Below are positions 55,380 through 64,000 of a stretch of DNA of 64,000 nt, piece by piece. The position numbers were made by a program, and so were the translations under genes. Positions within the stretch are counted from its first letter, which is position 1; each line of letters opens with the position of its first letter. Under the pieces are notes generated by a model. It was not told where the DNA came from, made no database searches, and saw nothing but the letters and a program-made list of their open reading frames with translations. This stretch comes from the human T2T-CHM13v2.0 reference genome, Homo sapiens: assembly GCF_009914755.1 (NCBI RefSeq), contig NC_060931.1; one strand, given 5' to 3'.

Positions 55380-58190
55380 TTAAATGTTAATGAAATATTT
55401 TATGAATAAAGAGTAATAAAATGAGCACTCACATGCCCTCCAGTCAGCATGAAATACAGAGCATTCCCAAGCATGCCCAGAGCTCGGACTCCAGGTCCAC
55501 CGGGTTCCGGGTCCCTCCTCCACCAGACCAACCACTCCTCTGAATTTTCTTTATGTTTCCCTGCCATTTATGGATCTCTAAACAATATACCATTTACATT
55601 TTGAACATTATGTAACTGTTACCAGACAGTATCTATACTCATGTGACTTGAGGTTACATCAACATGAGTATAGATACTGTCTGTCTTGTCACTATACAGT
55701 AACATGAGTGTAGACGCTTGATGTACCCTGAGTGTACATACTGTCTGGTAACAGTTACATCAAGTTATATAAAGTCTCCTATATTATCTTGTATGAACAT
55801 GTGGAAGCATTAGCTGTAATTGAGTCTTTTTCAGTTTTCTGTCATAGTCCATTATACAAATGTATCACAATGCCTTTATCCAGTCCTTTGTCCATGGATA
55901 TTTAGTTTTCTATTTTTAAATGTATTTACAGTTTTGCTATGTGCATTTTGCTCATGTTTTCTGGTGCACATGTGGCAAAGTTTCTGTAGGTTTTGCTGTG
56001 TGTATATTTCATTACTGATGGTGCTGAACATCTTTGCATGGGTGCATTTTCTATTCATGTCACAACTTCTGTAAAACACTTGTTCATGTCTTTTAACCTA
56101 TTTTTCCTTCGGGTTGTTTGCCCCTTTCTTATTGATGCGCATCATTTCTTTATACATTTAAGATTCAATTATTTGTCAATTACATTATTTCCAAGATCTT
56201 CTCTCATTTTACAGCCTGTCTTTTCACTCTTATTTTGATATTCTTTGGCAGGAAGATACATTGATTTCAATGCAATTTATTCCTTTATGGTTTGCATTTT
56301 TAAGTCTTCTTGAAGAAATTGTCCCTACCCCAAGGACATAGTCTCGTAGATTATCTTGTAACATTTTTTTACTTTCATCTTTGACAATTATGTCTTTAGT
56401 CCCCCTGAACTGGATTTTTGGGAAGGGTGTGACGCATGCTTACAATTATCTTTCCCTAGGAATAATCAATTGTCCCAGAACAATTTATTGAGAAAGTGTT
56501 CCTTTCCTTACTGATCTTTGGAGCCTCTGCTATTTATCAAACTTCTGTGTATGGGTGGATTTGCTTTCAGACTCTCCACTGTGTTCCACTCATCTTTTGT
56601 CCACTGTTGTAACAACACCACACGTTCTTACTACAGCTTCACCACACAGATGGGGCATTTGGTACAGCCAGTCACCTGGGCATGCTGCTCCTAAGAGTGT
56701 CCTGGCTGTCCTTGGCCTTTTGCATATGTGTATATATGTGTCACTCATGCACACACACAATTTAGAATAAGTTTGTTCAGTTCCTCTAAAAACACTATTG
56801 GGAGATTAGTGTGAACTGCATTAAGTCTATATACCAATGGAGGGAGAATTTATAAACTTCAGCTGTTGAAACTTTCAATATGTGGTATAGTTCCCAGTTT
56901 ATTTACTTAAAAAATACTTTCTCCATAAATTTTTATAATTTTCTCCAAAACAGCTTGCAAAGCTGGTTTAAATTTACTCTTACATATCTTCTTTGGATAT
57001 TTTTGGTACATGTTTCATTTTGTAAATGTAATTTTTAGAATTTATGTCTGCTAGTGTATTAGTCAGGGTTCAGACTAATTAGTTAGAGGGACAGAACTAA
57101 CAGGATATATATATTAACTTACACGATCACAAGGTCCCATAATAGGCTGCAAGCTGAGGGGCAAGCAGAGCCAGTCCCAGTCTCAAAACTGAACAACTTG
57201 GAGTCTGATGTTGGAGGGCAGGAAGAGGCCAGCACTGGAGAAAGATGTAGGCTTGGAGGTTTGGCCCATCTCTCTTTTTCATGTTTTTCTGCCTTTTTCA
57301 TATTCTCTGGAAGCTGATTAGATTGTGCCCACCCGATTAAGGGTGCATCTGCCTTCCCCAGCCCACTGACTCAAATGTTAATCTCTTTTGGCAACACCCA
57401 CACAGACACACCCAAGATTAATACTTTGTATCCCTCAATCCAATCAAGTTGACACTCAGTATTAACCATCACAGCTGGTTAATAGAATTGCACTTGACAT
57501 TTTCTATTGATTTTGCATCCAGCAGCCTTGCTAAACTCATTTACTTCCAATAATTGATCTGTGGTTTCTTTTGGATCTTGTATTTAGATAATTACACCCT
57601 CTCCAAATAATGACACATTTATTTCTTCCTTTTTCATCCTCAACTCTGCCTTATTTCCTGATCTTACTCCACTCTCCAGAACCACCCACACTATGTTGAG
57701 CAGAACAGCAATAGTGAAGATGCAACCCTCGCCTTCTAGCTCATCATAGAGGAAATGCTCCCAAGTTTTTGCCATGGAATGTGAAGTTGCTGTAGATTCA
57801 TTTGGGAATGACCTTGGTCAGTTTCAGGAAGGCCATTTCTATTTCTAGTTTGCACGATTTATTTGGGAATGACCTCGGTCATTGGGTTTTGTTTCTTTGG
57901 TTGGTTGTTGTTGTTGGTCTTGTGGTCTGTGTTCTGTTTGTCTTTATTTTGAATGGATTTTGAATTCTATGAAGTATGTTTTCTGAATCTATTGAAATGA
58001 TCATGTGGGTTTTTTTTCCTTTAATCTGTCAGTGAGGTGTATTGTATTGTCAGTAGAAAACCAGCCTTATGTGACTAGGATAGATGTGATTGATTGGGAT
58101 GTACTTTTTAATATATACCTAGCTAGATTTTTTTAACATATTTTCTTTAGGATTTTTGCGTCTGTGTTCATGGGTGAAATTCGTCTACAC
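55380..58190 (-). mobile_element. Old, highly diverged antisense L1M (ORF2/3'UTR) interrupted by MLT2A
   Basis: T-rich L1 antisense motifs (caattgtcccagaacaatttattga; ttgattttgcatccagcagccttgctaaactc; ttttctgaatctattgaaatgatcatgtg). Confidence 0.7.
57055..57473 (-). mobile_element. MLT2A (ERVL) solo LTR
   Basis: Reverse complement starts tgtgatggttaatactgagtgtcaacttgattggattga. 5-bp TSD gctag/gctgg. Confidence 0.9.
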
Positions 58191-60106
58191 TGTGGGACAT
58201 TATTGAATTTAAAATCAGTTTATTAGAATGGTAGGTACTTAAGTAGGTACAAACACAAAACTATGCAACTATAAAGCCATATATAATTTACCAATTCACT
58301 TCAACAAATCTACGAAAGCAGGAAATTTAAAAACAATTATATCAATTTGCAGTGCTGATGTTTTACTGAAAGTCTCTGGCAGCTGGAATATGATGACAAT
58401 GCTGACTGCTCCATGAATTTTCCTTTCTTCTCCTGCATTACCACGTGACTTGTCATGACTTAATTTCCCATGCATTTTCTTTATTTGACCTATAGAGAAA
58501 CCTTCTTTGGAACAATACAGCCATGTTATTGTTGCTTTGCTTGGCAGGAATACATCTTTCGCATGTCAAGTCCCTTTTATTCTTTTCTCACTGGCCCACA
58601 ATAACTAAAGCAGTACTACTTGGCACCAGTGTGCTTATAAACATAAATTCAGGCCCTAAAATCAGGATAGAAGGACTTGCTTATTGGATAGTCATCCAGG
58701 TGGTCCACAATATGGGATATACATTTTACTAAGATTCTCATCAAAATGAACATATGAAATGTCAGTGTTTTATAAGGACCTGTGTCCTCAGATTCCCAGG
58801 TTGTTATCACTCAGTTTGAGAAGCATCCCATCCAGAGTTTTTACAGAAGGAATTGTTAGTACAGTTTGCTAGGCTGCATTTGAACCAATGTCGGCCTTCC
58901 CTTAGGACCAGCAGAGACGGTAAGCAGAACTTAGGTGAGTGGTAAGGAGTCTTTTAGAGAAGTCCTCCTCCCTGGAGGGCCTCACTCAAGATCTGACTTT
59001 GTAGAAAGCAGAACTTCACACTGACTTTGAGTAACTGTCTTCCATGATGAGCTGGGGAGAGAATGGAACGGTGCCCATGAGACTGTAGGGCTTCATGACC
59101 TTCAGCTGTTTCTCCACACAGAGTGCTCTCAGCCTACAGCGAGAGAGGAATGATCCCACCAGCTGGAAATAGAGAGGACTGCAACCCAAACCACCCCCCA
59201 CCCCGCATCATGAGGCAGCAAGAGTTAGACATATCCTCTCCCCATCTTCCCCTGGACACACCCTACAGAAAGTCCTGTGGAAACACCCCACTGTGAGGCT
59301 GCCTTATTCTCATGTTAGCCTGATTTGCAATAGGGAAAATGTTGAGGACACAAAAAACCCTGGCTTTATTTGCCCTGATCACTTCATCCTCATGGTGGTA
59401 AAAATGCCCCATCCATGCAACAAGTCTTCAAGCACCTCTCATGTGCCAAGCAGCCCCTGCCCTAGGACCACCCGCTGTTAAGTGTTCACTGGTGATGCCA
59501 CTGTCTTACCTTATGAGCACTAAATGCTTAAGCAGGGCTGGTAAAACATAGAACATTTCTCAGGTTATTGTTTCAAAATACACTGTGGTTGTCAGGCGGA
59601 AAAGGTTTCCCTCTTAGGATCACCTGTGACGAGCAACATCAAAGTGTTTTGGTGCAACTCAAATGCTTTGCTGGAACTGTTTTTCTCCATACAATGTACG
59701 GGGAAGGCTTCCATGTCATGGAACAAAGTGGTGAATGTTCAAATGGTCAGGGTGTGATTTCATGGGCTTCATGGATTAAGGAACATTGAAACATAAAGTT
59801 GAGGACATTGCTCGGTTTTCAATTCTCTCAAACTTCCGTTTTCCGATGAGGAGCATGATTTTGACACCTCCTAATTCTTGCTCATGTCTCTTTTTAACAA
59901 ATGGAGAGTGAGCCTCAGGCCCAGAACTCCAAGCAGGACTGGGCAGAATTCATTATCATGTTTTGGTTTTTTGGTATTTATTTTATGCTTATCATTACTT
60001 CACTGCAAAGAATACTGGTGTTCCATTTATAGTAGTAATACAAAATGTCCCTGATAAATGAAACTTGTTTACATAAAGAGGGAATTGACTGAAAAGAAAA
60101 TAAAGC

Positions 60107-60481
<375 letters not shown>

Positions 60482-61357
60482 TTAACCAGCCTTGGGAAGT
60501 GCTCCTGTCAGGGAAGGAAGCCAGGGTTTAGCAACAACACACGTTGGGTGGAAACCCAGCCCTGACACTCACTGGATTGATGATGTGTATAACCCCTCTG
60601 AGCCTCAGTTTCCCCATTCATGAATAGGGTAAAAAGACCTCCCAGGGATGCTGTGAAGGTTAAAGGCAATAACTTATAGGCAGCATTCCTTATGTGGTAA
60701 ATGTTAGTTCCCTCCCTGATGTTGGAGGAGAAATCTATTATTATCTTGAATCTGGGCCAAAGACATAATAATATTTGCATAAGTGATGAAAGATGACAAA
60801 ATGGAAAAACATGGACTTGTAGCAAGACAAGCCTATTAGCTTTTTCGACCTTGAAACTTCTGATTTGATTTCCTAATCCATAAAATGAGGAAGATTAAGA
60901 TACTTATTTTGCATAATTATTGGGCAAATCTGAGGTAATGTATGTAATTAAGTCACGTCCTAGTGATCACATCAAGTACAGAGTAGGCCTCAATCAATAA
61001 CAGCTGTTTGTTATGGTCCTCACTGGGGAAGGACCATGACTTTCCTTCCTCATGTGAGAACCTCCTTTATCTTTCAAATTGTATCCTCATGTGCATAAAA
61101 TATTCTTCAGAGTTTGTAGGGAAATCGTTTGATTAATGTTGGTGTCAAGAAGCAACAAGGTGTTGCGGGGACATCCTCTAGAGCCTTGAGAATTTGGGGT
61201 GTGAAATTCTAATTTCTGAGATGCTGATGTAGCTACAGATTCTACATAGAGACCCACTCACCTCATTAATTCAAGGTTCAGGGCACTGAAAGCGCATCTA
61301 CCCATCATCCTTTTCTCTTTTTCATACTTTTATTTGAAAACTATTATTCTCTCTCTC

Positions 61358-61667
61358 TTTTTTTTTTTTTTTTTTGAGACAGGGTCTCACTCTGTCATCC
61401 AGGCTGGAGTGCAGTGGCACAGTCATAGCTCACTGTAGCCTCAAACTCCTGACCTCAACCTCAAGCAGGTGTTCCTCCCATCTCAGCCTCCCAAGTCACT
61501 GGGACTACAGGCACACACCACTACACCCGGCTAATTTTTAAATTGTCTGTAGAGATGAGGTTTTGCTATGTTGCCCAGGCTTGTCTCAAACTCCTGGGCT
61601 CAAGTAATCCTCCTGCCTCAGCCTCCCAAAGTGCTGGGATTACAGGTGTGAGCCACTGGGCCTGGCC
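61358..61667 (-). mobile_element. AluJ
   Basis: ctcctgggctcaagtaatcctcctgcc diagnostics. Confidence 0.93.
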
Positions 61668-62529
61668 CTCTTTATTTTTCTACTGACAATTACCTTCTAC
61701 TTGACCAGAGGTCTTTTTAAGGATTAAAGAGTGGTAATTTGGCTCCCCTAAAATTCACAGCTGTGAGTGTGCTGTGAGTTGTGTGACAGCTGCATTGCAG
61801 TTGCAATTGTGTGCTAGTTTCTAACAAGGGGAAGCAAACGCTGACGTGGCCGAGAAGGAAGGCCCTTACTATGAGGCTTCCGTTAAGTCTCCTCCAGGTC
61901 ACATTTTCATAACACCAAGTGATATTTTTCAGCTTGAATGTCTCCTGATATTATAAGGAGTTTGAAATTTTCCTTTATTAATTAACATTTTCATTTTGCT
62001 CACATTTTGGAGAGCACTGATTTTCCAGAAGTGCTAATTACCAAGCTCACAGCAGAAGGTTGGCTGCATTTTAAACTATTTCCTCAGATGCTCCCTGCTG
62101 AACTCAGAGATGTCCTCATTCAGCCGAGCCAGCCTCCCAGGTGGGTGGGAGGCCCCTGGCTGGTGCCACTCACAGACTTTGGGCTTCTTCTGAACCCGCG
62201 GAGCCCTGAAACACCAATAGGCCCACACTCCTGAGGGGGTTCTGGCCACATCTGCCTTTAGGAAAGATCTGTTCATTGGTGTAAAACCCTGACGTGTGAC
62301 ATCAGAAAACCAGAGCACCTGGCCATGCCCCAACCCTGTAGCTCCAGGCAGACCTCCCTATGATGTGGCCTGCCATAGTCATGTGGCTCGTGATGAGTCT
62401 AGAAGGCCTGGAAGTTTCTGTCTAAGTCCGGGCAAAAACAGAGGGACTCACAGCACCCCTTGTGGTGTGAGAGTAATAGATGCATGCATACATGTGTGAA
62501 GGCTTGTTTGCAGATGTCTCCATCTGTTA

Positions 62530-62885
62530 TGTCTGAGCCCATTCAGGCTGCTCTAACAATATCGTAGACTGGGGGGCTTAGAAAAAACAAATTGATTTTT
62601 CATCGTCCTGGAGGCTGGAAGTCAAGGTTAACTTGCTAGCTGATTCTGTGCCTGGTGAGGGCCTGTGTCCTGGCTCATAGACTGCCTTCTTCTGTGTCCT
62701 CGCTTGGTGGAAGGGACAAGGGACCCCTCTGTGTTGTCTTTTATAAGGGCACTAATCTCATTCGTGAGCGTTCTCCCCTCATGACGTGATCATTTCCCAA
62801 AGACCTCACTTCCTAATACCATCCCATTGGGGGTGGGATTTCAACATTGGAACTTGGGGAGGACACGAACATTCAATGTGTAACA
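62530..62885 (-). mobile_element. MLT1A-like (ERVL-MaLR) LTR
   Basis: ccattcaggctgctctaacaa...ttttataagggcactaatctcattc...cctaataccatc...aacattcaatgtgtaaca. Confidence 0.85.
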
Positions 62886-62904
62886 CCATAAAGAAGACAT
62901 GGGA

Positions 62905-63197
<293 letters not shown>

Positions 63198-63330
63198 CCA
63201 GAAGGCATAGGAATCTGGTATGTATGTACTAATCTTCAACATTGACAGTCCCCAGCCTTTCAATCCTTGATGTAAGTGATGAAGATGAGCTTCTGATCTC
63301 TCAAGGCCCGGCGGAGCCCTTTCCTAAACC

Positions 63331-63424
63331 TGGGGTTACCATTTTCCCATGCCTGGGGGTTTTCCCAGGACATTCATGCTGATACCAGGACAGTCCCGGG
63401 TAAGCGGGATGGTTGCTCATGCTG
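63331..63424. mobile_element. hAT-Blackjack MITE (MER81/MER94-like)
   Basis: ggggttacca...accaggacagtcccgggtaagcgggatggttgctcatgct. Confidence 0.5.
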
Positions 63425-64000
63425 TTGACAAGGCTCTGGGGATCTTGGCGCCACCACCTTCTCCTCGTGCCACACACACACATGCACACACACCACCCAT
63501 GCCAGACTTCTGAATCTCATCTTATGAGTCCATTAATTCACTGTTCCCCACCTGCTATATGTGCCCAAAGATTTGAGATTTGCATAGACAACATTTTGAA
63601 AAGTTTTATCCTCTGTTTTGTCATTAAAATAGACCCCGTGGGTGGGTCAGCAAGTGATATTAGGAAGACGGGGGTGAGATGGTATCAAATGAAGGGAAGA
63701 CTACAGGGCTGGCGGCAAGGACACAGATTTGGGGTAGCAGCCAGACTTGGGAATTTGGTGAGGGTGCATGACGCCCAAGACTATTGCAGAGCCTGATGCC
63801 TCGGCCCCCGGGTACCTGGACCACAGTGGCAGGGCGCCAGAAAGGGCTGTGAGGGAACTAGGTCAGCAACCAAAAACTCACAGGAGTCAAACGAATACTA
63901 TGAGCCACTATGTTTGCCCAGAGCTGTGCTAGTGTGTGTATGAGATTTTTAAAAAGGGAAAACGTTACTGTTGCCTGAAGGAGATTAATATGTGGATAAG

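Noticed and set aside
61310-61350. tttttatttgaaaactattat resembles the start of the next DPP6 exon (IFIFENNIYY)
   Set aside because: No AG acceptor, wrong peptide, and it runs into an Alu tail. The next exon appears to lie beyond the window.

Overview
Primate (most likely human) genomic DNA lying entirely inside DPP6 (dipeptidyl peptidase-like 6, the Kv4 channel accessory subunit; human chr7q36.2), which is transcribed on the + strand. Only two short coding exons are present, 7419-7471 (IYQHSYTGYYVLSKIPH-G) and 38071-38152 ([27 protein letters not shown]). They splice in frame across a 30.6-kb intron and are invisible to the ORF track. The rest is intron: about 22 Alus, several L1/L2/MIR relics, solo LTRs (MER57, THE1, MLT1, MLT2A, LTR12 and an unassigned ERV1-type LTR), DNA-transposon MITEs, microsatellites and five minisatellites. 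None of the listed ORFs is a credible gene, and there is no CRISPR array or RNA gene. I found no evidence of a new protein-coding system. The most striking structures are (i) a 3.6-kb, 82-unit, 44-bp VNTR with a perfect palindrome in nearly every unit and a 26-unit higher-order duplication, (ii) a nested fold-back hairpin at 55610-55764, (iii) a 74-bp VNTR packed with E-boxes next to two back-to-back LTRs, and (iv) up to four 5'-inverted (twin-primed) L1 insertions. Gene and repeat-family names come from my recall of consensus sequences, not from database searches.
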